The notes under the pieces were generated by a model that worked only from the letters and a program-made list of their open reading frames with translations, did not search any database and was not told where the DNA came from. Made by a program: the position numbers and the translations under genes. DNA of 32,000 bases from Wallemia ichthyophaga EXF-994 (lineage: Eukaryota; Fungi; Basidiomycota), in contig NW_008806299.1 of assembly GCF_000400465.1 (NCBI RefSeq), forward strand, positions 30,001 to 62,000. Direction: 5' to 3'. This document shows positions 11,232 to 23,520 of this stretch, in pieces (within the stretch, counting starts at the first letter, position 1; each line of letters begins with the position of its first letter).

Positions 11232-12190
11232 ATGCCGTGCACCCCACCAAGGAGTGAGCAGGAATACAGCCGAGAGGAAGCTCAGCAAAGACGCTGACTC
11301 GAGAGTAGGGAGTATGCCTCAGACGCCGCGTACACCGCGCACGCCGTCGCCGCCACCAATAGCGATACAGCCTGCGCACAATACACGCAAGAGGAGGAGG
11401 ATGAATATGGGCTCACCACCGAAGCAGAAGAGAAAGTGAGTAGAAGCGGCACCACAAATGCAACCAGCTAAGGTAGCACACGCGCAGTGCATGGATAATT
11501 TACAGAACTACTATATTCAGACACCTGATACAAATCAGCGATAACATCCGCCTCGACCAGTCAAAATTGTCGCGGTCCGTGTCGGATATGTGGAGAAATG
11601 AGAATAAAATAGTGCGGGATAAATTCGCTGAAGCGGCGCTACTTGAAAAACAAGGAGTACGGGCGCAGATGGAGTTTGATGGGGAATTTTCAGATGGCGT
11701 GCAAAAACGCGTACGGGAGATTGCTCATAAAGCTAACAGGGCGAGACACGAAAAAATAGGGAAGAACGGAGGCGAGGTGAAGAAACCACTCAATGCGGGC
11801 AGGAGAAGATCACAGACGCTGGGTACAGATCAAATCAGAGTTCCCAGTAAAGAAGTTAGGAGCGCGAGTGTACAGCCCGTCGATACTAACAAATTTCTTG
11901 AAACTTGTACGTGCAGTACTGATGAGAGGAGCAAGGGCACCAAAGGCACACCCGGGAGTGAGAGCACATCAAGCACTTATACCACCACTAATACCAACAA
12001 CCAAGGAGAACTCGGCTCACCTTTCCTCAGTGACACTTTCTCTTTCAAAGATACCATCGTTTCACCATACGACGAATTTACAGATCTAAACGCAGCAAAT
12101 TGCGACTGTTATTATTATGACGACTCTCAATACCAAGACTACTATCAGTATCATAACTACCATAATTACCATCACACTGGGATATACTAA
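11232..12190 (+). CDS. Sequence-specific (MATA/SOX-like) HMG-box transcription factor, 3 exons (11232-11253, 11309-11435, 11488-12190), ~283 aa
   Basis: Splicing of intron 11436-11487 creates PPKQKR|NAWIIYRTTIFRHL...SKLSRSVSDMWRNENKIVRDKFAEAALLEK, the NAW/F-I-x-YR and S-x-x-x-x-x-MW-x-x-E signature of this HMG class. Intron 11254-11308 (GTGAGC, GCTGAC, TAG) also splices in frame. Confidence 0.8.
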
Positions 12191-12235
12191 TTTGCTTACT
12201 TCTCTTTTGTCTGCTAATGCTATACAATTGATACA

Positions 12236-13147
12236 TCACTGCTGGGGCTCCTGTGTTGGTTGTTGGTTTGGTAGCCTGGAGATTGCATTTTGGAGTTGGT
12301 TTATAGGCAGTATACGAAAGCTTTCTTCCTGTGTGACTTGAGCGAGCTGTACGTTGTGCTCATCGAGCCTTTCCTCCATAACCTGCTTGAGCACACCGAG
12401 GACCAACACTTGAGCGTCCTCTAGGGAAAGATTCTTGTGGTATTTATCGAGGAGTTCAGACTGAGCAGCCTCGCTACCAGAACCGATAGCCTTAGCGTCG
12501 TAGCGCATGAAAGTACCTGAAGGATCAGTGTGGTATAGCTGAGGGCCGCGCTCGTCGATACCAGCGAGGAGCAAACTAACACCGAAAGGACGTGACATCA
12601 TTTGTTCGTCGTCGTCTTGCTCATCGACACCTTCACCGAATCTGAGAGCGAGGTCGCAAACGCTCTGGGAGCAGCTCTCGACGAGAAGAGGCTCGTCGTA
12701 CGAAAAGCGGTGGTTCTGGCCTACGACGCGCGCGTGATCGACCATTGTGCGTGCATCAGCGGTCAAACCAGACATGGCGCAGCCAATGTGAGAGTCGATG
12801 GTGAGTATTTTCTCGATAGAAGTGGATAAAAGGAGAGGTGACTGGCTGCGCTTCTCAACGCCGAGAACGACACCGTGAGGAGTGGCTACACCGACAGCAG
12901 TAGAGCCAAGCTGGAAGGGGGATTAGCGGGGCTGGTTTGGAGGTTGAAAACCAACTTTTATAGCTTCAATTGCGTATTCAACTAAGCCGTTGGTTAGAAA
13001 TACAGAAACAGCCCACGTCAGCCATACTCACCTTGATAGAGACGTCCCTCTGGTGAGAAGGTGGAAACACCGCGGTCGTATTCAGAGCGCGTCAGGAACT
13101 GGGCAGCGTGTGAGCTGCGTGGGTGAATTTTCTGTGTTGGTTACCAT
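12236..13147 (-). CDS. PUP2: 20S proteasome subunit alpha5, 4 exons (13147-13145, 13098-13032, 12981-12956, 12910-12236), 256 aa
   Basis: M|[22 protein letters not shown]|VEYAIEAIK|LGSTAVG..., with [13 protein letters not shown] and GSGSEAAQ; three 45-50 nt introns. Confidence 0.97.
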
Positions 13148-13202
13148 TTCGAGTTGAGTGTTGGGCGTTGAAAGCGAACGGTGAGAAAACGTGAAAGAAT
13201 TG
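13148..13202. promoter_or_regulatory. 55-bp spacer between the divergent start codons of PUP2 and HOG1
   Basis: PUP2 ATG at 13147-13145 (minus) and HOG1 ATG at 13203 (plus). No TATA box is visible in the spacer. Confidence 0.5.
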
Positions 13203-14718
13203 ATGGCGGATTTCGTAGGTTTTTGGTCGGCAATTCTCGCAGCCGTCTCATACGCACATTTCGCAGGTCAACGCTAGCATCTTCGGTACACTCTTCCAAA
13301 TTACAAGCCGCTATGTCAACTTGGAGCCGGTGGGCATGGGTGAGTCCGTGAATTACAATAAAGCTCTCTCTAATCGTACTAGGCGCCTTTGGTTTGGTCT
13401 GGTGGGTTCATTTCCCGGCTTGCTGCCCCGGCTCAACCCGCAAATCTAACGAAAACAGCTCGGCAAAAGACCAGCTCACGTCGAGCCCGGTTGCAATCAA
13501 GAAAATCATGAAGCCTTTCTCTACTCCGGTCCTCAGCAAGCGCACTTATCGCGAGTTGAAGCTCCTGAAGCATATCAGGCACGAGAACATCATTAGCCTC
13601 TCAGATATCTTTATCAGCCCTTCAGAGGACATATACTTTGTTACTGAGCTGCTTGGCACTGATCTCCACCGTCTCCTCACCGCGAGACCTCTCGAGAAGC
13701 AATTCATCCAGTACTTCCTATACCAAATCCTTCGAGGCCTCAAGTATGTTCATTCGGCGGGCGTCGTCCACCGCGATCTGAAGCCATCGAACATACTTGT
13801 CAACGAGAACTGCGATTTGAAGGTTTGTAGTGGACTTTACCTGCACAATTCCACTCTAACAGCTCCACTCCCGCTCAGATCTGCGACTTTGGTCTAGCCC
13901 GCATTCAGGATCCTCAGATGACTGGTTACGTCTCTACACGCTATTATCGCGCACCTGAGATCATGCTCACGTGGCAGAAGTACGATGTTGCTGGTATGTC
14001 GTATTTGTTAGCTCACACCTCCTCCCCTCTAACACTCTCAATCCTAGTCGACATCTGGTCTACCGGCTGCATCTTCGCTGAGATGCTTGAAGGAAAGCCC
14101 CTGTTTCCTGGTAAAGACCGTGAGTTTATCGCGTGAATAGTGGATTTGGTGTGAAATTAACTTTGTCGTAGACGTCAACCAGTTTTCCATCATCACGGAG
14201 TTGTTGGGCACTCCACCTGACGACGTCATCCAGACTATTTGCTCGGAGAATGTGAGTGGCGTCAGTCATTTTCTTTTTATCCACTCAGACTTGCTCTCAG
14301 ACACTCCGATTCGTTCAAAGCTTGCCTAAAAAGCCTAGGATTCCATTCAATGAAAAATTTAAGACAAACGACCCACTAGCGCTCGATTTGGTGGAAAAGA
14401 TGCTCTCGTTCGATCCACGAACTAGGATCACTGCTTCACAAGCACTGGCTCATCCTTATTTGGCACCATACCACGATCCCAATGATGAGCCTGTCGCTGC
14501 TGAGCAGTTTGACTGGAGCTTCAACGATGCTGATCTGCCAATCGATACCTGGAAAGTAATGATGTACTCTGAAATCCTTGGTGAGTTGGTGTAGGCGTAC
14601 TTGCGCTGGCTTACATTTCTCGTCAGACTTCCATCACATCTCCCAGGATGGTGATCAATTCCTCAACGCCAACGGACCTGGAACAGAACAGGCGAGTGAT
14701 TCGTCCTTCACCGTTTAA
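13203..14718 (+). CDS. HOG1: Stress-activated MAP kinase Hog1/Sty1, 9 exons, 368 aa
   Basis: Exons 13203-13214, 13267-13339, 13383-13401, 13459-13822, 13879-13993, 14048-14119, 14172-14251, 14301-14580 and 14627-14718 give [39 protein letters not shown] (TGY loop) and the docking motif [12 protein letters not shown]. Confidence 0.98.
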
Positions 14719-14913
14719 CAAGCCACAGCAGACATGATAGCATTTCCCAATAACTTTGCAGCATTAACTTAATCTTTCTATCCTTAAAGGCTTACTATCT
14801 TTTGACTTTTTCTTTCCACCCCACTAAACCCTCTTACAATTCCCTCCTTGGCTTCTATTCTGGTCTTACTTTGGTAAAAGATGAATATATTGATACATGA
14901 AGATTTATTTGTA

Positions 14914-16061
14914 TTACTTGAGAGGCGAGAATGGCAAAGGTTCGAGGACAGAAGTGTGCATATTATCGCAAAGTTTAACAGTCTATGAGGTGTGTTAGGA
15001 AGGCACGTGGTGATTAGGTAAAGAGCAAAACACACCTCCGACACAGTGTACGCCCACCCGTCGACAGACCACGCCTGCTCACGCGTGCGCTTACGCGCTT
15101 CAAAGTCAGGATACTGCCACATGTGCGTGACATTGTGCAGTTGGCCCACTTGGGAGAACCAGGCTCCGACGGGCTGATTGGAAGATGTGAGACAGGTAGA
15201 TGAAAAATAAACAACATACCGTAACAAACTGACGTCTGGCTTCCAGACCCTTACGCCAGAAAGACTCCCATTGCAGCAGCGTGCCAGGCTTGAGCTGGTA
15301 CCTGCGCAGCTCGAATATGCCTCCCGACGAGTGCGGTGGGGACGAGGGGAAGAAGGCGAACTCCTGCGACAACTCTGATGTCCTGTGGTTGATGAGTGGT
15401 CTGACGCGGGTATTGAATATAGCGTCTGCCTGTGGTGAGGTCAGTGGTGAGTCATCGCTCTGTCCCGCCACTCACATTCGTCTTTCTGATGAGCGCAAGT
15501 GTATCATCCAAACCCTTAAACCCATCGTATTCGAGAATGTGGATGAAGGTGTCTTGCTCGCCGTACTTGACCTCCCAGCTGCCTGTGAGTTTGAGGTGGT
15601 TCGCTTTATCCCCGACGAGCGCGAGGTAGTAGTCCTGGCTGTGCTATGTGAGAGGGATTCTAAGGACGCTATCCAAATAACGCACACTGCTGCTACATAC
15701 TCGTGCACCTTGGACGGCTTGACGTGGTGCCCTGCGCGTGTCAGCTGAGGCGCGGTGACGTCATCACGACCACGCACTCTGTATCTCGTGTATGTATTTG
15801 TTGCGGCCGACGGATCTGCTGTGGCCGACAGACTCGGCCTTCTCGCCCTCCTCTTTCGCTGTCTGGCTGCCGTGGAGAAAGGACTGGGATGTAAGCGCGT
15901 GCGAGCGTGGGGAGCCCCGCACTCACGTTGAGATAGCCTTGCGGGTCGTGCGCGCCGGCGTCGTTCGAGAAAAGGCGGGCTGCCGATACGCGGGCTGGCT
16001 TCGTAGCCGCAAGTGCGTTTCTGAGTGCGTGGGCGTGGGTGTGTGCGCGTGCTCGGAGCAT
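14914..16061 (-). CDS. NIPSNAP-family mitochondrial protein, 7 exons, ~288 aa
   Basis: Exons 16061-15927, 15883-15778, 15731-15686, 15638-15476, 15429-15220, 15173-15036 and 14982-14914 give HSRSVGRNKYIHEIQRHHVKP, LTGSWEVKYGEQDTFIHILEYDG, GGIFELRRYQLKPGTLLQW, VGAWFSQVGQLHNVTHMWQY and LEPLPFSPLK*. Confidence 0.92.
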
Positions 16062-16380
16062 TGTGTTGGTCGTATGAGATGAAGCGAGTTGCTGAGAGGA
16101 ATTGGAAATGCACGAGTGATTTACCTCCCATGGCACAGTATTTCCCATTCGTACTGCCTCGCGCGATTTTCTGTGCGCTTGTACTGCTCTGCCGCATTTC
16201 TCCCGCATAGCCCAAATAGCCCCAAAATAGCTGCAGGGGGTTTGCAAAGGCTTGGGATTGCTGTGAAAGTAGTAGAGCTCCCCACTATTAACCATCTCTA
16301 CGGCCACGTGCTTATCTGCAGAATGGTTCGTGCTGCTGCATCTGCATGCCAGTTGTAGACAGCGTGTCAGGGTAAGCAAC

Positions 16381-16402
16381 GGCACAGCGGCACAGCGGCA
16401 CA
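16381..16402. repeat. Short tandem repeat (GGCACAGC)x2.75 in the NIPSNAP/SDR divergent spacer
   Basis: ggcacagc ggcacagc ggcaca. Confidence 0.5.
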
Positions 16403-16489
16403 TTGGGATTTCGCTGTACTGGCCGTTGCAATTTTAATAACCGAGCATTGCCCACTTCTCTCTTGTTCGGTACGGCGAGTGCAGCACAA

Positions 16490-17598
16490 ATGGAGATCGC
16501 ACACGCATATAATTCCAGCTACGCGGATCTCGCACGCGGCGTCAAGGACAGGGTGGTGCTCATCACAGGCGCCGCATCGGGGATCGGGCGTCTGGCGACA
16601 CTCGAGTATCTCAAACTTGGGTGGGTTGGCTGCGTGGCCGTGGCGTGCAGTGCGCTGACAGATGCACTACGCACTTCAGCGCTAAAGTCGCAGCGGGCGA
16701 TATAAATCACGATACACTCAAGACACTCGCTAGTGAATGTGAAGCTACTGGATTCGCTGGAAATCTCTTCACTTGTACGGTAAACGTAACCAAGTACGAC
16801 GAACTGTACGACTTGTTCTTCAAGACTCAGGAGAAATTCGGAAGGATCGACGTTGTTTGCGCTAACGCTGGCATCAATCCTGGCGGAGACTTCATGAGCT
16901 CTAAAGTACCGGCTAACGTGAGACCGGATATGAAGGTGATTGATGTGAATTTTGTCGGTGTGCTCTACACTTCGCATCTGGCAGTAAGATTCTTTAGGGA
17001 AAACACTACAGCCAAGGCTTCGGAGAAATGCCTGATTCTCACTGGCTCAATGGCTAGTTTCCAAGCTATGCCATCCGTAGGCATGCCCTATTCGGCTAGC
17101 AAGGCTGCAGTGTTGAGTCTGTCCCAGTCTCTCGCTATCCAGGGCGTTGCAGAGGGATTCAGATGCAACTGCATCAATGTGGGTTGGTGCATGGTGCATG
17201 GACATTGATTGACCTCCAATCACAGCCTTGGTTTGCTGACACTAACATTCTCGATAAAGCCGCCAGATTGGTCTTGAAGGGCATCCCGCTCGCTCCAATA
17301 CACGCAATCACCCAAGCGTTCATCCTCGCCACCGCAACTGAAGCCACCGACCAGGCTTGGGTTATTGATGAGCACGGTCTTTGGTGGGTAGCGGTGCTTT
17401 TCACTCTCTCCCTACTGACAAGACAGGGAACTGCCGAACCCGTCCATCAAGAGCAAGGTAGTCGACCAGTTTATGAGCAGATTTGTTATCGGTCTTAAGC
17501 TTAAAAAGGCGTTGCAGAGAGACGCGTACAAGCGCTATCTGAGCATCGCCGCCATTGCAGCTGGCGCTGTTGCGGTTGTGTGGAAGCTGTTCAATTAG
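16490..17598 (+). CDS. Classical short-chain dehydrogenase/reductase with C-terminal hydrophobic tail, 4 exons (16490-16620, 16680-17178, 17226-17383, 17427-17598), 319 aa
   Basis: TGAASGIG, DVVCANAGI, TGSMAS, YSASK and CINPWFADT motifs. C-terminus is YLSIAAIAAGAVAVVWKLFN*. All three introns start GTGGGT. Confidence 0.92.
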
Positions 17599-17724
17599 CT
17601 GTTTAAAACTGAGCCAGGAGTGCTAGAACGACTAAAGGTTTTTTCCACTTTTTATAGACTGTTGTTATTTAAAAACTGCCCTGCAATCTTGGTGTATATT
17701 TTGTGCGCTTGGTACCGCCACTTG

Positions 17725-19063
17725 ATGAGCATTCGCGGGGCTGTGAATCGTATCAGCTCAGCCATGACTCAAGTACTACCACACTCCCGCTCTCCATCAC
17801 CCAAAACAGCAAAACTCCAAGAACCGCCAGCGAAGAAGACCAAAGTTGAGGGCATTCCCTTGGAGGAGGTTGACTACGCGAATGGATTGCATTTGGCGCC
17901 AATGGTTAGGAGTGGTGCATGTGGGTGGCTGCTATTCGACGCGCCACACCCCATCTCACAGCGCTGCAGTGCCAACACGACTCATCAGCCTCGAATACGG
18001 CGCGAAGCTGGTGTGGACGCCTGAAGTGATAGACCGAGCGATAATTGATTCGCAGCGGGTGTACAATAGTCAGTTTGATTGCGTATCTAATGGCTACAAT
18101 CTAACACTACAATCCATCCAGCGTCGACAGGCGTCATCGACTATATAAAACCCACAGAGAACAAGCCCATCTGGTCCACCCACCCACTCGAGCGCCCCCA
18201 CGTTATTTACCAAATCGGCTCATCGTCTCCGCAGCTAGCTGTGCAGGCGGCACAGACAGTCGCGGGGGATGTCGCAGGCATAGATCTCAATTGTGGCTGT
18301 CCGAAGCATTTCTCGGTACATGCCGGTATGGGCGCAGCTCTGCTCACCAACACGGATAACCTGGTGGCTATACTGAATGCACTGTGTGAGGCACTCCCAC
18401 ATAAATCCATTAGTTGCAAGATACGCTTGCTAGGCACACAGCAGGATACTATAGAGCTCGTCGAGCGCATCTGCTCCACACCCATCAAAGCTATCACGAT
18501 CCACTGCCGCACCAAGTCTATGCGCCCGAGCGAGCCTGCCCAGCACGACAGACTGGCGGAGGTGCGCGAAGCTATCGAGAAAATGAGACCCGATGTGGCT
18601 GTCATATGCAATGGCGATGGAAACACTCACAAGGACGCACAAGAAATTATGTCTCGCACTGGGGTTAATGCCGTGATGATCGCCAGGGGAGCCGAAGGTA
18701 ATCCTTCGTGTTTCAATAGAGGTGGCCCTGTAAAACTCGGCGCTTATTGGTTGCAGCTTGTGAGTGGAGATAGCATTAGTGCAGTTAAACATCAAATACA
18801 CCTCTTACGCCTCCATCCACCAGGCACACGCCCTCGATCATCTCTTCCCCGCTTCCAAGTTCTGCACTGGCCAACTCACGCCTTTCGCAAAGTACGGCGA
18901 TATCAAGAAAAAAGATCGCTCTAATCTCAACCAGGCCCTTTCGCAGGCCAAGACACACGAGCAGATGGCCGAAGCGTACAAAATTACGCTCACACAGGAT
19001 AAAGGCTTAGATCAGCCAATGTTTGATAGTTTGAGATTGGCGATACAGGCACGACAGCACTGA
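17725..19063 (+). CDS. DUS2: tRNA-dihydrouridine synthase (Dus2/Smm1-type), 4 exons (17725-17920, 17970-18068, 18122-18759, 18824-19063), ~390 aa
   Basis: [75 protein letters not shown], ICNGD and VMIARGAEGNPSCF. A second ATG at 17764 is an alternative start. Confidence 0.9.
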
Positions 19064-19469
19064 TGTGCTATTAAGTGTCTGAAGTGACTGATTTGTTGTA
19101 CTTAATAATTGCATTTTATAGATTATAAAAAGGGTTTTGTGGTTTCTCCTTGGTGCGCCTACTGACAGCACACGCTGTTTGGCCACAAAGATCTACGCAG
19201 CCTGCACGTCGGCAGAGAAAGGGATGTATGGCACATTACCACTGCTTAATCCTGTTAACCCTGATCACCCATAATATCCCAATTATCCCGCTCAAATTGA
19301 GTCAAAATTGGCCGCCCTTAACACGCAACCCGCAACGCGAATCAGTTCTTACAGCCCAACGATCACTATTGGAGTGAATTGAGATATAAATGACAGTAAG
19401 CGACACCACGAGACGTGGCTGCTCGGGCTAATATATTCACAGGACAAAGCTAATTCACGAGAAGAGTCG

Positions 19470-22400
19470 ATGCTCTCTGATACGATTCCACCCAGCGCTG
19501 CGATATCGAATATTAACTCCAAAGTGCCGTCACCGAAAGGCGGTAGCGCAGATAGCGCAGACAGCGCACAGATTTCCGCTGACGAGGACAAAGATGAGCT
19601 CCAAGACCAAGACGATGACGACGAAGAGGAATTGGACGAGGAGTACGACAGTGATGGCCAAGTGATCAAGTCAATCGCCCCGGCACCCGCTCATGCACCC
19701 GCTAAAGATAACAAACGTCCAGCGCGTAAATCCAAACACAAGGTTAAGAAGGATGAGATTGAAAAGTCCAAGAATATCGATTCTGTTAAGCGTTTCTCGT
19801 ATTTGATTGGTCAGACTGATCTATTTAAACACTTTATTGATCGCAGAGTGAGTTTTCCATGCCAAGTGATGCGTGGTGCTCATTAGAACATACAGAAAGA
19901 ACGCGATCCAGCTTTCAGGGCTATGATTGAGCAGTCTGAAGTCCAAACAGGGAAAAAGAAGGCAAAAAAGAATCAGAGCAGGAGAAAGACTGAAAAGGAG
20001 GAAGACGAGGAGTTGTTGCAGGATGAAGAGGATGAGCCGTTTGCCTTCACAGAGACACCGGCGTGTGAGTATGACGCGTCACAAATCTAGCCTAACCTCA
20101 CACACGACACAGTCATCCAGAATTGTACAATGCGTGATTACCAGGTTCAGGGTTTGAATTGGATGATTGGATTGCATCACAATGGTATCAACGGTATTCT
20201 TGCAGATGAAATGGTAAGTTGCGTTTAATACACTTGAAACTCCGCTCAAATCACTCAGGGTCTCGGTAAAACACTTCAAACAATATCATTCCTAGCCTTC
20301 CTCAAACACTTCAAAGACATATCAGGATACCACCTTGTCTGTGTACCTAAATCAACACTTGACAACTGGGCAAGAGAGTTTTCTAAGTGGTGCCCAGATT
20401 TCAAGGTCGTTGTACTTCAAGGCACTAAGGAAGAGCGCGAGAAACTCGTCAAGGAGCATATCTTGCCTGGAGATTTCGACGTTCTCATTTCGTCGTATGA
20501 GATCTGTCTTCGTGAGAAGTCAGCTATTAAGAGACTCAGTTGGGAGTACATCATCATCGATGAGGCTCACCGTATCAAAAATGCCAACTCTTTGCTTTCG
20601 CAGATAGTCAGAATTTTCAACTCTCGCAATCGCCTTCTCATTACCGGTACACCTCTTCAAAATAACCTTATGGAGCTCTGGGCTTTGCTAAATTTCTTGC
20701 TTCCGGATGTCTTTTCCTCTTCGGAAGACTTTGATGCTTGGTTCACCAACAACCAGGAAGGTGGTAACAGTGACGAAGTTGTCAAGCAATTGCACAAAGT
20801 CTTGAGACCATTCTTGCTCCGTAGAGTTAAAGCTGATGTTGAGAAATCTCTCTTACCAAAGAAGGAAATCAATTTGTACGTAGGCTTGACTGACATGCAA
20901 AGGAAGTGGTACAAGGGTATTATCGAGAAGGACATTGATTTGGTTAATGGTATGGGATCTAGTAAGAAAGAGGGCAAGACAAGACTCCTCAACATTGTCA
21001 TGCAATTGCGCAAATGCTGCAATCATCCTTATCTCTTCGATGGTGCAGAGCCAGGTCCACCATACACAACCGACGAACATCTCGTATTTAACTCTGGAAA
21101 GATGCTCATTCTCGATAAGCTCCTCAAGTCAATGAAGGCGAAGGGATCCAGAGTTCTCATTTTCTCTCAAATGTCGAGAGTTTTGGACATTCTTGAGGAC
21201 TATTGTATGTTCAGAGACTACCAGTATTGCAGAATTGACGGTCAAACTTCTCACGATGATCGTATCTCTGCCATCGATGAATACAACAAGGAAGGATCGG
21301 AGAAATATATTTTCTTGCTTACCACTAGAGCTGGTGGATTAGGTATTACGCTCAACACGGCTGACATTGTCGTGCTTTACGACAGTGACTGGAACCCTCA
21401 AGCGGATTTACAAGCTATGGATAGAGCACACAGAATAGGGCAAAAGAAGCAGGTGTTTGTGTTTAGATTTGTGACAGAAGATGCAGTCGAAGAGCGTATT
21501 TTAGAGCGTGCTGCACAAAAGTTGCGTCTTGACCAGCTTGTAATTCAGCAAGGTCGTCAAACACAACAGAAGAATGCAGGCAAGGATGAGTTGACAGACA
21601 TGATTCAACATGGTGCTGAAAAGATTATCAACAATCAGAAAAGGGAGATAGTTGACAATGACATTGATGAGATTATCAAGACGGGTGAGTCCAAGACGGC
21701 AAATATGGCATCCAAGTATGAAGATCTCAACCTTGAGGATCTCAACAATTTTAAGTCAGAGATTAACTTTACTGGTGTCAATCCAAAAGCAAAACAACCA
21801 CTTTGGATCGAACCAGGTAAGAGAGAGCGTAAACAAAATTACTCGATCGACGATTACTACAAGGGTGCAATGAAACCTAATCCTCAAGGACGAACTCGCT
21901 CAAACAAGCCACCACCAGCAACGCACAAATTCCAAGACTACCACTTTTTCCCAACGAGACTCCTCGAGCTCGCGAGACGGGATGACAACTATAAGAAAAA
22001 GGAGGATGGCTGGGAAGCTATACCGCGCCATGTGGATCCTAAGAAGGCGGAAGAAAACCCAGAGCTCGTCGAGCAAGCTAAAGTGGATGCAAAGAAGGAG
22101 CAGGATGATATTGACAGTGCGACGCCGCTCAGTGAAGAAGAAATTAAAGATATGGAAGCTATGAGCCACCAAGGATTTACAACCTGGACTCGTAGGGAGT
22201 TTCAAGCTGTGGTAAGAGGAATGGAGCAGCACGGTAGGAATGACTTGAAGGGAATAAAAGGCGTCGTTGGAGATGGAAAGACGGAAGAGGAAGTTAAAGA
22301 GTATCTGGATGTATGGTGGAAGCGCTACCCAGAATTACAAGATCACCAGAGAATGATTCAGCGTATTGAGGAGGGTGAGAAAACGCTCGAGAGTGTCGCC

Positions 22401-23096
22401 ACCAAGACACGCGCAATCAAGGCCAAGGTCAACGGGTGTAGATATCCGTTGCAGATGCTGAATATTCCTTATGGTCCGCAACAAAGGGTGAGTGGGGGAT
22501 GTAGTGGAGACTGACACACTGACAAAGCACAGGGCAAGCAATACACAGAAGATGAGGATAGATTCCTACTCGTCAAACTCGCCCATCATGGCCTCAGCTC
22601 GGACGACACATACGATAAAATCAAGCGGGATATATTGGAGCATCCAGCGTTTAGAATGGACTGGTTTTTTAAGTCTAGAACACCAACTGAGATATCGAGG
22701 AGATGCCAAACGCTTATCTCGCTCACACTAAAGGAGGCAGGGCTTTACGAGGGCAAGCACGCCCACCCATCGGCATACCCAGCTGACCACAAGGAGGGAG
22801 AGTTGATAGCCAACACTAATAAGAAGCGTACAAATCTCTCACTTTCGCCTTCGTCTAATTCATCCAAGCGCGCTAAAGCCACACCACCTCAAATCGGACC
22901 AGGAATGACACCATCTGTACTCGCTGGACCATCGCCTCTACCACAAGGATATAGTCAGGCGCAAGCATCGCAAGCATCTCCACAATACGATCACCCACAG
23001 GCACATTCACAGGCACACCCCTCTTTGCCTCCAATGAGCATGCCCAATGTACCATTCCCAGATCAGCCTTTTCCACCACCGCCGGAAGGAAAATAA
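19470..23096 (+). CDS. ISWI: ISWI-family SNF2 chromatin-remodelling ATPase, 5 exons (19470-19847, 19896-20064, 20113-20213, 20259-22487, 22533-23096), ~1146 aa
   Basis: [16 protein letters not shown]|[46 protein letters not shown] and [11 protein letters not shown]. Downstream HAND/SANT/SLIDE-like region ([10 protein letters not shown]; [13 protein letters not shown]; [11 protein letters not shown]). Confidence 0.97.
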
Positions 23097-23520
23097 GCTG
23101 GCTACGACGACTCATTTTGTAAATTTATAAAACCTAATTTAGGGTGTCTCGTTGGTGTGCCTGACTGAAACAAGGACGCGCGTTTGAGAAAGTAACAGTG
23201 TGCATGTTTGTGGATTTAACATTCGTACTGCCTTATCACCTTATCACCATCATATTCCATCTCGCAAATTGCCAACATCATGGCTATGGCATGAATATGC
23301 ATAAAGTATGAAGCTGAACTTGAAAAAGACGCTAAGTAATATGCGTCATTCGGCGCGACTAATTCTATCTTTAGATCTCAGTTCGCTGTGATTCTCCGCG
23401 GGTATCTATTTCAGATCGAGCCGGAGTCCGGGTAAATTTGAGGCTTCTTGTTTTCGCACGAGTGAACAGAGCGCCATAGTACATCGCTGCATAGCCAGAA
23501 CATTACACAAACACACACAA

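Noticed and set aside
11232-12190. Mating-type locus
   Set aside because: An HMG gene alone is insufficient; no pheromone receptor, CAAX pheromone precursor or HD1/HD2 gene is visible in the window.
15472-16403. Long minus-strand ORFs 15472-16215 and 15741-16403 as single genes
   Set aside because: Each contains only fragments of the seven-exon NIPSNAP gene plus intron or promoter read-through.
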